The notes under the pieces were generated by a model that saw only the letters and a program-made list of their open reading frames with translations, had not been told where the DNA came from and made no database searches. The position numbers were made by a program, and so were the translations under genes. Shown piece after piece: positions 19,015-29,626 of a stretch of 64,000 bases of DNA (position 1 is the stretch's first letter; each line of letters opens with the position of its first letter). This DNA comes from an uncultured delta proteobacterium (lineage in GTDB: Bacteria > Desulfobacterota > Syntrophobacteria > Syntrophobacterales > Syntrophobacteraceae). The DNA lies in assembly GCA_963808625.1 (NCBI GenBank), contig CAWEHK010000029.1:1-64000 (forward strand). The letters run 5' to 3'.

Positions 19015-21162
19015 TCATTCCATATATCGTTGCACCTGATACACGCCTTTTTCCGCTCTGAGCGACGACAGCACCCGACTGAGGTGATTGGTGTCCTTCA
19101 CTTCGATCGTCAGCTTGCAGACGGTAAGGTCACCGGCTCGCGGGTCGAGCTGGATGCCCACGACTTTTGCGTCGAATTGTCCGAGCACGCCGCTCAGCGT
19201 CGCCAGCATTCCTTTGTCTCCGGAAAATACTACTTTGATATCCACAGGATACGTCTGATTTTTCCCCGAATCCCATTGTACTTCAATTTTTCTTTCCAAG
19301 TCGCCTTTGTCAAGATTTCTGCAGGAGACTCGATGGACGGTAATTCCCCGGCCGCGAGTAATATACCCGACAATCTCCTCTCCCGGGACCGGATTGCAGC
19401 ATTTGGCCATCCGGCTCATGACATCGTCCACTCCCCGGACCTTGATCCCCTCATCCGGCGGTGCTGATTTGCGTTTTTCAACGGCGATGGTCTCTTCTTT
19501 TTCGAGAGCCTCCTCCGCGGCGATGGAAGGCAATCGGTTGAGCACCTGGTTGGGGGTTATTTTGTGGTAGCCAACGCCGGCCAGGAGGTCATCGATTGTG
19601 CGCAGGGAGAAAGAACGAGCGATTTCCAGAAGTTCGGGGGAATTCACCAGATTGTTAAAATTCAGACCCTTCTTTCGAAATTCACGCTCGCACAGCTCTT
19701 TTCCCTGGGCAATCGAGCGCTCCCGTTCTTCCGCTTTCACCCAATGGCGGATGCGATTGATGGCCTTGGTGGTCTTGACAAATTTGAGCCAGTCCTTGCT
19801 GGGCCGATGATTCGCGGCGGTGAGAATGCCGATGGTGTCTCCGTTTTGCAGTTCATAACGAAGGGGGACCAGCTTGCCGTTGACTCTTGCTCCGACGCAG
19901 CGGTGCCCCACTTCGGTATGCACTTCGTAGGCAAAGTCCACCGGCGTAGCGCCTCGCGGGAAGACCTTGACCGCTCCCATGGGCGTGAACACATAGACCT
20001 CATCGGGATAGAAATCAGTCTTGGCAACATCGAAAAAGGTTTTTGGGTCACGCCACTCCTTGTTCCATTCCAGGAGCTCCCGCAGCCAGGAGAACCGCTG
20101 CGTCTCCTGTTTATCCACGGCCGACGGTCGTGCCCCCTCCTTATAGAGCCAGTGCGCAGCAATGCCTTCGTTGGCAATCCGGTTCATTTCCTCCGTGCGG
20201 ATTTGGATTTCCACCTGTTCGTTATGGGGGCCCACCACCGTCGTGTGGAGGGACTGGTACATGTTGGATTTGGGCTTGGCAATGTAGTCCTTGTAGCGTC
20301 CGGTAACGGGCTCCCACGCGGCGTGGACCATGCCGAGAGTTTCGTAGCAAGACTTGACCGAGTCCACAATAATCCGAAAGGCGATGAGATCATAGATGCG
20401 GCGGAGATCCATATCTTGCCTCATCATCTTGAGATGGATGCTGTAGAGATGTTTCGGACGTCCGCTGACCTTTCCCTGAATGCCGTTTTCCTCCAGTTTG
20501 GAAGTCAGGACCTGTTTGACTTCGTCAATGTAGCGGCGGCGGTCTTCTTCCGTTTTGGCCAGGCCCTGGGTGATTCGCTCCCAGGCTTCGGGTTCGAGAC
20601 AGCGAAAGGAAAGATCTTCCAGTTCCTGCTTTATCCATTCGATGCCAAGCCTGCCGGCAAGCGGGGCGTAGATGTCGCGGGTCTCGAGAGCAAAGAGCTT
20701 CTGCGATTCGGTCAATTTGCCTGGAAGTCCCCGGATGTCATGGAGGCGCTCGGCCAGTTTCACCAGGAGGACCCTGACGTCCGCCGACATGGCGAGGACC
20801 ATTTTTCGCATGTACTCGGCCTGGCGCTCCTCGCGCTTGCTGAAATCAAGCTGCCCGAGCTTCGTCACGCCCTGAACGATACGGGCGACGTCAGCGCCGA
20901 AGTTTTCCTCGAGGTCTTGCAGCGTGGCGCCCTGTTTTTCGAGCACGTCATGGAGCAACCCGGAAGCGATCGTCTCCTCATCCAGCTTCATGAGTGCCAG
21001 GGCCCCCGCCACTGCCAGAGGCTTATTCAGATAGGTTTCATCCCGCGCCGGCACTTTGCCCTGATAGACCTTCGCCGTGAAGACATAGGCTTTATCCAGA
21101 AGGGCAATATTGGCGCCGGGGTAGTAGCTCAGCACCTGGTCAAGGATTTCAAAATAGCGCAC
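19015..21162 (-). CDS. long RelA/SpoT homolog (HD-SYNTH-TGS-ZFD-ACT) with a degenerate hydrolase domain
   Basis: GRPKHLYSI, DLIAFR, RYKDY, YQSLHT, EIQIRT, TGS (DFAYEVHTEVG) and CCNPVPG...HRVSC. Confidence 0.93.
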   Translation of the reverse strand: MRYFEILDQVLSYYPGANIALLDKAYVFTAKVYQGKVPARDETYLNKPLAVAGALALMKLDEETIASGLLHDVLEKQGATLQDLEENFGADVARIVQGVTKLGQLDFSKREERQAEYMRKMVLAMSADVRVLLVKLAERLHDIRGLPGKLTESQKLFALETRDIYAPLAGRLGIEWIKQELEDLSFRCLEPEAWERITQGLAKTEEDRRRYIDEVKQVLTSKLEENGIQGKVSGRPKHLYSIHLKMMRQDMDLRRIYDLIAFRIIVDSVKSCYETLGMVHAAWEPVTGRYKDYIAKPKSNMYQSLHTTVVGPHNEQVEIQIRTEEMNRIANEGIAAHWLYKEGARPSAVDKQETQRFSWLRELLEWNKEWRDPKTFFDVAKTDFYPDEVYVFTPMGAVKVFPRGATPVDFAYEVHTEVGHRCVGARVNGKLVPLRYELQNGDTIGILTAANHRPSKDWLKFVKTTKAINRIRHWVKAEERERSIAQGKELCEREFRKKGLNFNNLVNSPELLEIARSFSLRTIDDLLAGVGYHKITPNQVLNRLPSIAAEEALEKEETIAVEKRKSAPPDEGIKVRGVDDVMSRMAKCCNPVPGEEIVGYITRGRGITVHRVSCRNLDKGDLERKIEVQWDSGKNQTYPVDIKVVFSGDKGMLATLSGVLGQFDAKVVGIQLDPRAGDLTVCKLTIEVKDTNHLSRVLSSLRAEKGVYQVQRYME

Positions 21163-21176
21163 GATCCCCTTCCTGT

Positions 21177-22265
21177 TTATTTCAGAAGCTTCTCTCCCGT
21201 CATCTTTTCCACTTCAAGCAACAGCCGATGCAGGAGCTCGGATTCCGGGACCTTTGCGATTCGCTCTCCCTTCTTGAAGAGGATGCCCTTCCCGCGGCCT
21301 CCGGCAACGCCGACATCAGCCTCCCTTGCTTCCCCCGGGCCGTTCACCACGCACCCCATGAGGGCCACCTTCAGAGGTGTCCGGATGGTCCTGAGCATCC
21401 GTGCCGCGTGCTCAACCATGGGGATCAAATCAATTTCGGTGCGCCCACAGGTTGGGCAACTGATCAGTTCAACCCCTCGCGCACGCCGCTTCAACGCCCT
21501 GAGGATGCTGTACGCAATGGGGATTTCCTCCTCAGGATCGCTCGTCACGGAAACCCGCAGCGTATCGCCAATCCCTTCGGCGAGGAGAATGCCGATTCCC
21601 AGAGCAGACTTGACGGCCGCGTCAACGAGGGTCCCTGCCTCCGTGACGCCAAGGTGCAGGGGGTAGTCCGTTTTCGAAGCCAATAACCGATAGCCGGCGA
21701 TGGTGTCCAAAACGTCCGAGGACTTCAATGAAACCTTAATGAGACCGAAATCAAGGTCTTCCAGCAAACGAATGTGCCGCAGGGCACTCTCCACCATCGC
21801 TTCAGGAGCGGCCCGTCCATATTGATCCAAAAGATCCTTTTCGAGGGAACCGCTGTTTACCCCGATGCGTATGGGGACCTGACGCTCCCTGGCGACCGCC
21901 ACGACCTTTCGGACCTTCTCCGGGCCGCCGATATTTCCCGGATTCAGGCGCAGGCCGTCGACTCCAGCCCGAAGGGCCTGCAACGCCAGCCTGTGGTCGA
22001 AGTGAATATCGGCGATCAGCGGGATTCCGATGGCCTTTTTGATGTGTGAAAGCTGTTCCGCGGCCTCGCGGTCCGGCACCGCCACGCGGATGATTTCGCA
22101 GCCGGCTTCTTCCAACCGCCTGATCTGGGTCACCGTTGCCTGCACGTCGCGGGTGTCGGTGTTGGTCATGGACTGCACCACGATCGGTGCGCTTCCCCCG
22201 ATCGGCACGCCGCCCACATGAATCTGCTGCGTGCTGCGCCTTCCCTCGGTCTTCGTCAAAGCCAA
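21177..22265 (-). CDS. ispG: 4-hydroxy-3-methylbut-2-en-1-yl diphosphate synthase
   Basis: VQSMTNTDT, ADIHFD, CPTCGR and MGCVVNGPGE. Confidence 0.96.
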   Translation of the reverse strand: MALTKTEGRRSTQQIHVGGVPIGGSAPIVVQSMTNTDTRDVQATVTQIRRLEEAGCEIIRVAVPDREAAEQLSHIKKAIGIPLIADIHFDHRLALQALRAGVDGLRLNPGNIGGPEKVRKVVAVARERQVPIRIGVNSGSLEKDLLDQYGRAAPEAMVESALRHIRLLEDLDFGLIKVSLKSSDVLDTIAGYRLLASKTDYPLHLGVTEAGTLVDAAVKSALGIGILLAEGIGDTLRVSVTSDPEEEIPIAYSILRALKRRARGVELISCPTCGRTEIDLIPMVEHAARMLRTIRTPLKVALMGCVVNGPGEAREADVGVAGGRGKGILFKKGERIAKVPESELLHRLLLEVEKMTGEKLLK

Positions 22266-22578
22266 TCCTTTCGTTCAAAATGCTGCCGTCATTTAAAATC
22301 CCTGCGTCATTTTTCCCTACCGCGTTCGGGACGTGCAGAACCCAAGAAGGAACTGAACAAATCCCGCGCCGTGCGAGGTTCATTCCGGGCGTGCACATTC
22401 GGAAATTGCATGACGAACAAATAATCAAGTCCGCACATTTTAAGATATGCACCAACGCCTGCCAAGTTGCGCAAAAGAAAAAACTTCCACCGGAGCTGTT
22501 TCCATAGTAATTGTCAGGCTGCTATGGCGCTGCCGTAACCACCTTATAAATCCTTTTCGAAGTGCCGGGTGAGAGAGC

Positions 22579-24068
22579 ATGATCATGGATAATCTGAGTA
22601 TTCTTTTCTGTACTTCCGAAGTAGCTCCCTATGCCAAAACAGGCGGCTTGGCCGACGTTACCGAAGCCCTCCCTGCTGCTCTCAGCGCTCTTGGCTGTGA
22701 CGTCCGAGTCTTCATGCCTTTGTATCGCTGTGTTCGCGATTGGATTAAAACCCCGAAGGTCCTCCCTGAAACCACTTCAATTCCGGTCGGGATTCATGAC
22801 TATCGTGTCAACTATCTCGAAACCCGCACGGTCTCAGGCTTGCCGCTGTACCTGCTCGAAAAGGACGAATTCTACGACCGCGCTTGTCTGTATGGTACGC
22901 CCGCTTTCGGGGACTATGACGATAATGCCGAGCGCTTCATCACCTTCGGTCTTGCACTTCGTCCCCTCTGCAAGCAGCTGAACTGGTTTCCTTCGATCAT
23001 TCACCTCCACGACTGGCAAACAGGACTGGTCGCTGCTTATCATACTCTCTACTGGCGTCGCGACCCGGACTTTGCCCGCTCGGGAACGGTCTTCACCATT
23101 CACAACCTGGCCTATCAAGGGGTCTTTCCCGGCAAGTATTTTAGCCTTACCAACCTTCCTCCGGAAGCCTTTTCACTCGGTGGCGTCGAATTTTGGGGTC
23201 AGTGCAATTTTCTGAAGGCCGGCCTCGTATATGGTGATTTCTTGACCACGGTAAGTCCACGCTACAGCCGGGAAATTCAAAATCCCGAGAGCGGTCACGG
23301 ACTTCATGGTGTGTTGCGGGAGCGCCAGGACCACCTCTCGGGAATTCTCAACGGCATCGACCAGGTAATCTGGAATCCCGCAACGGATTCCTTCATTCCG
23401 AACAACTACGATTCGTCCCGCCTTTCCGGGAAACGTCAGTGCAAGAAAGCGTTGCTCGCGGAATTGGGCTTTGCAAAGGAGTATGAGGATCTGCCCCTGC
23501 TGGGAATGATCGGGCGCCTGGCGACGCAGAAAGGATTTGGACTGCTCGATGAGATTCTTGATGAGCTCATGAGTTGTCAGGTGCTGCTTGTCATTCTCGG
23601 CTCCGGGGATTCGGAGATTGGAGACATGGTCAAAGCCATGGCCGCCCGCTATCCCGATCGCATCAGGATTCGGCTCGAGTTCAATGAGCCCCTGGCCCAC
23701 CGGATCGAAGCGGGTGCCGACATCTTCTTGATGCCGTCCTCATATGAGCCCTGCGGGCTGAATCAGATGTACAGCCTCCGCTACGGCACCATTCCGGTCG
23801 TGCACGCCACGGGGGGCCTTGATGATTCCGTCGTGGACATTCAGCGGGAACCCCTTCGGGGACCGGATTCAAGTTTTATGAGTACGAAGCTTCGGCGCTT
23901 GTCGAGACGATTAAATCAGCCCTGGAACTCTTCCAGAACAAACCGAAATGGATGGAACTGCAGCGCCGGGCAATGGCGCAGGATTTTTCATGGGAGCGTT
24001 CGGCCGAGCAGTATCTCGAGGTTTATCAACGCGTTCTTGCCAAAAGGGCAGTGATCAGTGGTCGGTGA
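22579..24068 (+). CDS. glgA: glycogen synthase (frameshift in a G-run near 23860)
   Basis: KTGGLADV, HDWQTG, TIHNLAYQG and EPCGLNQM. The C-terminus TGFKF...DFSWERSA is in the next frame. Confidence 0.95.
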
Positions 24069-24081
24069 TCAGTGGTCAGCG

Positions 24082-25811
24082 ATGGCGTCTTTGACCGATC
24101 TGGCGCAAGACTATTTCGGCTATCTCGCCGGACGTTTTCCGGTGATGTGCGCCAGCGACGAATTCCATTTTCTGCCTCGCGCCAAAGTCGCCGGCCGGTA
24201 TTTCGACCGGCTCGATGACCTTGGGGCCGATGCCGTTGAGGAATGCATCCAGACCCTGAAGGATTTCCAGAGGCAGCTGAACACGCGGGCGGTATCGGAA
24301 GAAGACGATCTGGAGGGGTTTCTTGATGCGGAATTGCTCAAGTGCAATGTGGCGGGAGTCTTGATTGAGCTGGAAACGTCCCGCTCATATCGCCACAATC
24401 CATTATTGTACCTGAAGATTGCCTGCATCGGGTTGGACCACGCTCTGACCAAACCCGCCTCCAGCCCGCAGGAAATCACCGAGCGCACGGCAGCCCGTCT
24501 CGATGCCATCCCCAGGTTGCTGAATCAAGCGATGGAAAATCTTGAGGTCGTTCCCGAAACGCACCATCAGGCGGCGCTCCTGATGCTTGCGGACAGCAAG
24601 AGGTACCTGGTCGAGCTCTCCGAAAGCTTCTCAAGTCCACCCTCCCATCTGAAAACCCGGCACTCGGCACCGCGCACCCAGCACTCCTCACCTATCACTC
24701 ATCACTCAGCACCCAGTCACCCATCACTCTTATCTTATCAACCGTTTGGAGAAGGTCGACTCCGCCCTCAGTGATTTCGGCAATTTCCTCAGGACCATCC
24801 GTGTCGTGCCGGACCAGGATTTTCAGGGTCCGGGAATGGGTGCCACGCTGAGAGAGCACTTCGCATCGGTGCGTACGGCGTCCGAGATTTTTGCAATCGC
24901 GGTCGAGGAATGGCACGAGAACTTGCTTGCCTTGCAGAAGCTACAGAGGCAAATTGACCCCGGCAGGAGCTGGTTGGAGCTCTATCATGCCTATTTCCCT
25001 GCTGGTATTGCCGGGCGCGACACCATCGCGCTCTATGAATCAGAGGTTGCGAGGCTGCAGAGTTTTTTCCGCCAGCATGGCTTTCGCGGAGATCGCCGGC
25101 GCACCCTTTCCGGAAGTGCGGGAAACCCCGACGTATCTTAAATCGGTTCGCAGTTCCGCCTCTTTTGCCGCGGGGTTTACGGCCGATCAGCGGGAGCGGG
25201 ATTTTTTTTATATCACCACCTCGCTCCCGGAACAGCGCAGCGGAGAGGCTCGGGATCTGCTCAAAAAGCGGCTTCATCGCGAGTACCAGTTCTTGAGCGC
25301 TCATGAAACCTTCCCGGGGCACCATCTTCTGGATTTTACCCGGCGCAGCCTCAAGAATTCCATTCGGGCGCAAATTGAATCGCCCCTTTTCTATGAAGGC
25401 TGGGCCTACTATGTCGAGTCGCTCCTCACGGAATACGGCTATGTCGATCAGCCCCTGGACCGATTGGTAGACTGCCGGCGGAGACTCTGGCGGGCAGCCC
25501 GATGCCAGATCGATACCGGGCTTGCGAGCGGGTTGCTCATCCACGACCGGGCGATGGAGCTGTTAATCTTGACGGGGTTCAGCGAGGAGGAAGCCGGAAA
25601 TCAGCTGGATCGTTTTCGCTTAAATCCCGGCTACCAATTGTGCTACAGTCTGGGTCGCTACGAGCTGACCCGGCTGAGGGAAGCCTATGAAGGCCAATTG
25701 GGTCGAGATGGTTTTCACCGGGAGATTCTGGAGGGAGGGGAACTGCCGTTTGATCTCATCGAAAAACGGCTCGCGCGTTTAAGCTCCGGGAGTTATACCC
25801 GTGAAGGTTGA
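24082..25811 (+). CDS. DUF885 family putative metallopeptidase (two +1 frameshifts, internal heptamer insert)
   Basis: AHETFPGHHL, FYEGWAYYVE, LWRAARCQID and PGYQLCYSLG motifs. Confidence 0.82.
24655..24740 (+). repeat. heptamer tandem repeat inside the DUF885 CDS
   Basis: cactcgg caccgcg cacccag cactcct cacctat cactcat cactcag cacccag... Confidence 0.85.
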
Positions 25812-26098
25812 AATGCTTCTCTTCCACCGCAGTCACTCATGTCCCTTCGGGACACCCGAAGACACATGAAAAGCTGTACGGTGGCGACCAGACCGACTCG
25901 GTTTCCAAAACTGAGTCGGTCTTTGAAGGTGGTCTGCCCACCATGACTTCTCGGAGCAGAGACGCAGAGGACGCAGAGAAGCTCAGAGCGGCGATCTTTT
26001 TCTGCGCTCTCCGGCGCCTACTGCGGTGAGTTTTTAAGTCCGTCAAAGCGAAAGATCTTATCCTGAACAAGTATAACCATCTCCAGAAGGGAAAAGCC

Positions 26099-27502
26099 TT
26101 GAAGGATTTTCTGGGATATCATTCGGAATGGAACCTCGGGAGTCCCGGGGGCTGGGACTATCAGCGGGTCACGCAGGTCATCGGCAAGGCCGTCTGGCTG
26201 AAGCTGAACCAGATTCATCCCATGGGCGTGGCGCTGGATTTTGATCATCCTCTCCTGTTCCCGATCAACGGTTTTATGGAGATGCTGGTTGCCGCCCATC
26301 GCGCCCGCGAAGGGAACAATCCGGGGTTGATTGCCGTGGTGGCGGAGGAGGAGACGCTCGAGGACGTCACGGAAAACATCAACCTGGCTGCCCATCTCGG
26401 CAAATTTCCGGGCATCCGCTCAGCGCTTATGGCTCCCCATGAATTGGAATTGGACAAGGGTCGCGTTTCCTGGAAAGGGCAACCGGTCTCCCAGATTTTC
26501 ATGGATTTTAATACCGACGTGCTCTTGAAGCTGCACCGGGTTCACCACCTCAGCCCACTGCTCGAGGCCGTCAGGGAAGGGCGGGTGATCAACCCCAGGG
26601 GGACCGAACCCATCAATGTGAAGAGCATGTTCGAAGTCCTGACCGGGCCGCAGCGGGATCGATTCCACCCCGAGGTGGTGAGGCGCACCCCCTGGACCCG
26701 CCAGTTCTATCCCCGACGAACGGAGGGGCCGGCCGGTGAGGCGATCGACGACCTGATTTCCTGGACCCGAACCCACTGGGATAATTTGGTGCTCAAGCCG
26801 GAAAGAGGCTATTCCGGCAAGGGGGTTCGGGTGGGACAAGTGAACAGCAGTGCGGACGAAGCTGTGGAGGCGGCGCTCCGGGAGGGGAACTACATCGTCC
26901 AGGAAAAGATTCCTCTCGATCTCTGGGCGGAGGATGTCCCAACGGTGGACCCGGAGGCGGGCCGGGTCATTCTCCGCCGCTGCCAGACCGATTTCAGGTG
27001 CCTCATGGGGCCGGCGGGGCTGTTCGGGTTCCTGGGCCGTTATGGCGGGGTTCCCACAAACGTCGGCAGCGGCGGCGGGGTCCAACCTCTGGCCGTGCTT
27101 CAGTCAAACATGACGGTTGCCGAGGCGGTGAACCGGATCAACCAGGCGATTCTCGAGATGGATTATGCCGCCGTGCTGGAGGTCTCCGAGATGCAGAAGC
27201 GACTGGCGCTGGAAGAACGCTTCACTTACCTGCTCGGGCCGATCAAAATAGCGTTAAGGCCAAGAGTGATCACCGTTGACCAGGTGGAAGCCCTGAAGGC
27301 CTATGGTGCAGCCATGTGGTCCGACTGCCTTGTGCTGGAACAGATGTGGCAAAAGGGAGAACTGGACGAGGTGGTCAAGATCGAAGAGGAGGAGTTGGAA
27401 ATCGCTCGCATGCAGCCTTGGGGCGGCTCTCCGGCCATTATCGCTTCAGACGGTCTGTTCGGTTTCGGGGCGATGCCGCAACCCCAAGAACAGCACCACT
27501 GA
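26099..27502 (+). CDS. ATP-grasp peptide/amide ligase (glutathionylspermidine-synthase/CP-ATP-grasp related) with permuted motif order
   Basis: SEWNLGSPGG at the N-terminus, then PWTR, LVLKPERGYSGKG, YIVQEKI and TNVGSGGG, then LRPR and IIASDGLF at the C-terminus. Confidence 0.75.
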   Translation: MKDFLGYHSEWNLGSPGGWDYQRVTQVIGKAVWLKLNQIHPMGVALDFDHPLLFPINGFMEMLVAAHRAREGNNPGLIAVVAEEETLEDVTENINLAAHLGKFPGIRSALMAPHELELDKGRVSWKGQPVSQIFMDFNTDVLLKLHRVHHLSPLLEAVREGRVINPRGTEPINVKSMFEVLTGPQRDRFHPEVVRRTPWTRQFYPRRTEGPAGEAIDDLISWTRTHWDNLVLKPERGYSGKGVRVGQVNSSADEAVEAALREGNYIVQEKIPLDLWAEDVPTVDPEAGRVILRRCQTDFRCLMGPAGLFGFLGRYGGVPTNVGSGGGVQPLAVLQSNMTVAEAVNRINQAILEMDYAAVLEVSEMQKRLALEERFTYLLGPIKIALRPRVITVDQVEALKAYGAAMWSDCLVLEQMWQKGELDEVVKIEEEELEIARMQPWGGSPAIIASDGLFGFGAMPQPQEQHH

Positions 27503-27701
27503 ATATTTGACCATAACCCCAGGACGTCATGAATAGATTGCCGCATGCTGCCCGCCTAAAGCCTTTGGGGACAAGGTTTGGCGGGAATCCAGAAGAAAGG
27601 ACTGGTATGCCTGTCTTCGCGAGCATGACGGGTGGATACCGGTTAGTTCTCGCGGCAACCATTCAAACCTTTCATGATTCAGCAATTCCACAGGTGCAAT
27701 C

Positions 27702-28482
27702 ATGACCATCCAGGTAGACCCCGAGTGGTGGAAAACCCTTTTTGATGAGATCTACCTCCTTACCGATGCCCGTTCGGTCTGTGATGACGAAATAACCCGG
27801 CGGGAAGTGGACCTTATCTGTGAGCTCCTGCCCATACGTCCCGACCACAAAATCCTGGATCTTTGCGGGGGGCATGGCCGTCACAGCCTGGAGCTTGCCG
27901 CACGCGGGATGGGTCAATGCACCCTGGTGGATTATTCGTGTCACTTGCTTGAACAAGCCAGAACAAGCGCCGCCAGGTTTGGGCACCGGATGGAATGCAT
28001 CCAGCAGGATGCCAGATCCACGGGGCTTCCTGACGCCGGCTTTGACCACGTCATCATTATGGGCAATTCCCTCGGCTACCTCGCCGAGCCCCATGCCGAC
28101 GAGCAAATCCTGGCGGGAAGCGAAGCGTGTTTTACGCTCGGGCGGCTGGCTGCTCGTGGATGTCGTTGATGGGAAGGCCGTCAGCCCGTCATTCAACCCT
28201 CACGCCTGGCATGAAATCGGCTCGGACACGGTCGTCTGCCGCCAGCGGGAAATCCAGGGCGAACGGATCTGTGCCCGCGAAATGGTCCTCAGCAAACGCA
28301 CCGGCCTGATTCGAGACCGCACCTATGCGGTCAAGCTCTACTATGCTGAAACCATGGCGACCCTGATCGAGACGGCGGGTTTCGAGGTCGTCAGCGTGAA
28401 CTCCGGATTTTCGTCGCACCTCCTGAAAGGCGATTATGGCTTCATGAATCGCCGCATCGTTGCCACTGGCCGGAAACCATAA
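27702..28482 (+). CDS. class I SAM-dependent methyltransferase (frameshift near 28112)
   Basis: ILDLCGGHGRH, MGNSLGY and RVLRSGGWLLVD. Confidence 0.88.
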
Positions 28483-28611
28483 CTCGACCCGCAGTCACTG
28501 CCTGACGGTGAAGATCAGGCGCCGGGGTAATTAATATTTTCTCTCGTATTTTCTGCGTCTATGCACGGGAATGCATATTCGTTCTTGTTCCTGTTGCGGT
28601 TTGAATTGGAT

Positions 28612-28650
28612 TTAGTATAAGCGCGATTATACTAATCACAATTATACTAA
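28612..28650. promoter_or_regulatory. operator-like palindrome upstream of the ATPase
   Basis: TTAGTATAA-gcgcga-TTATACTAA, plus a third TTATACTAA copy. Confidence 0.6.
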
Positions 28651-29626
28651 GTAGTGATGAGTGCGTGCATGAAGGTGAACTATGAATTTTGTCAACCGCA
28701 AGGAAGAGCTTGCTTTTCTCGAACGCTGCCATGCCGCGACCGGGTTCCAGTTTGTGCCGCTCTACGGGCGACGGAGGGTCGGCAAGACCCGGCTGGTCCA
28801 GGAATTCATGCGCGGCAAACGGGCGCTGTACTTCATGGCCGACAGCATCACCGAAGGAGAGCAGCTCCGGAACCTTGGGCGGGAGGTCGGGGAATTCTTC
28901 TCCGACACCTTCCTCGTTGAAAGCGGTTTCCGCGACTGGTACCAGTTTTTCCGTTACCTGCGCGACAAGGCCGGCGGCGAACGGCTTGTGGTTGTCATTG
29001 ACGAATTCCCCTACCTGGTGAGCGCCAACAGCGCCATCTCTTCCATATTCCAGAAAGGGATCGACGAGTTTCTCCATGATTGTCCCATTTTCCTGATCCT
29101 TCTCGGGTCGAGCATCGGCATGATGGAGCGGGAAGTCCTCTTCTCCAAAGCCCCGCTTTACGGACGGAGGACTGCCTCCCTCGAAGTCAGAGAGATGAAT
29201 TTTGCCGCCTTGCGAGAGTTCTTTCCTCACTTCAACGTCTCAGAACGGCTGGCCGTCTATGGCGTGATGGGGACGATCCCGGCCTACCTGGAGCGTGTGG
29301 AGCCGACCCGCGACATCATGACCGTCATCCGCGAGCAGATCCTTGAGCGCGGATCATTCCTCCACAACGAGGTTGAGTTCCTGCTGCGCGAAGAACTGCG
29401 CGAACCGCGCAACTATTTTGTCATCCTGCGGGCCATTGCCCAGGGAAAGCGGAAGCTGGCCGAGATCATCAACGACACCGGCTTCGATAAAACCCACCTC
29501 TCCCGCTATCTTGATAGTATAGGAATTTGCATTTTTCCTCAATGAAATCAATTGAGTCATGATAGAAAGGTAGGTGGACCGAGAGTAGGGGGAGAGGGTA
29601 GAAGCGATTGATCGGAACATCTTCCG

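Noticed and set aside
8600..21666. Long antisense ORFs (for example 8600-9892, 11258-12421, 12684-13772, 19564-21666)
   Set aside because: They are shadow frames of GC-rich genes on the opposite strand, with no motifs of their own.
22448..22464. TGGCA-containing sigma54-like sequences (also near 56950 and 61780)
   Set aside because: GG-to-GC spacing is off by 1-2 nt, and sigma54 requires exact spacing.
29575..29626. In-frame TAG upstream of the transposase, and TAGs in the 51215 remnant, as stop-codon recoding
   Set aside because: Other genes end normally at TAG (dfx, cydB, rpmB). An alternative start or gene decay explains these cases.
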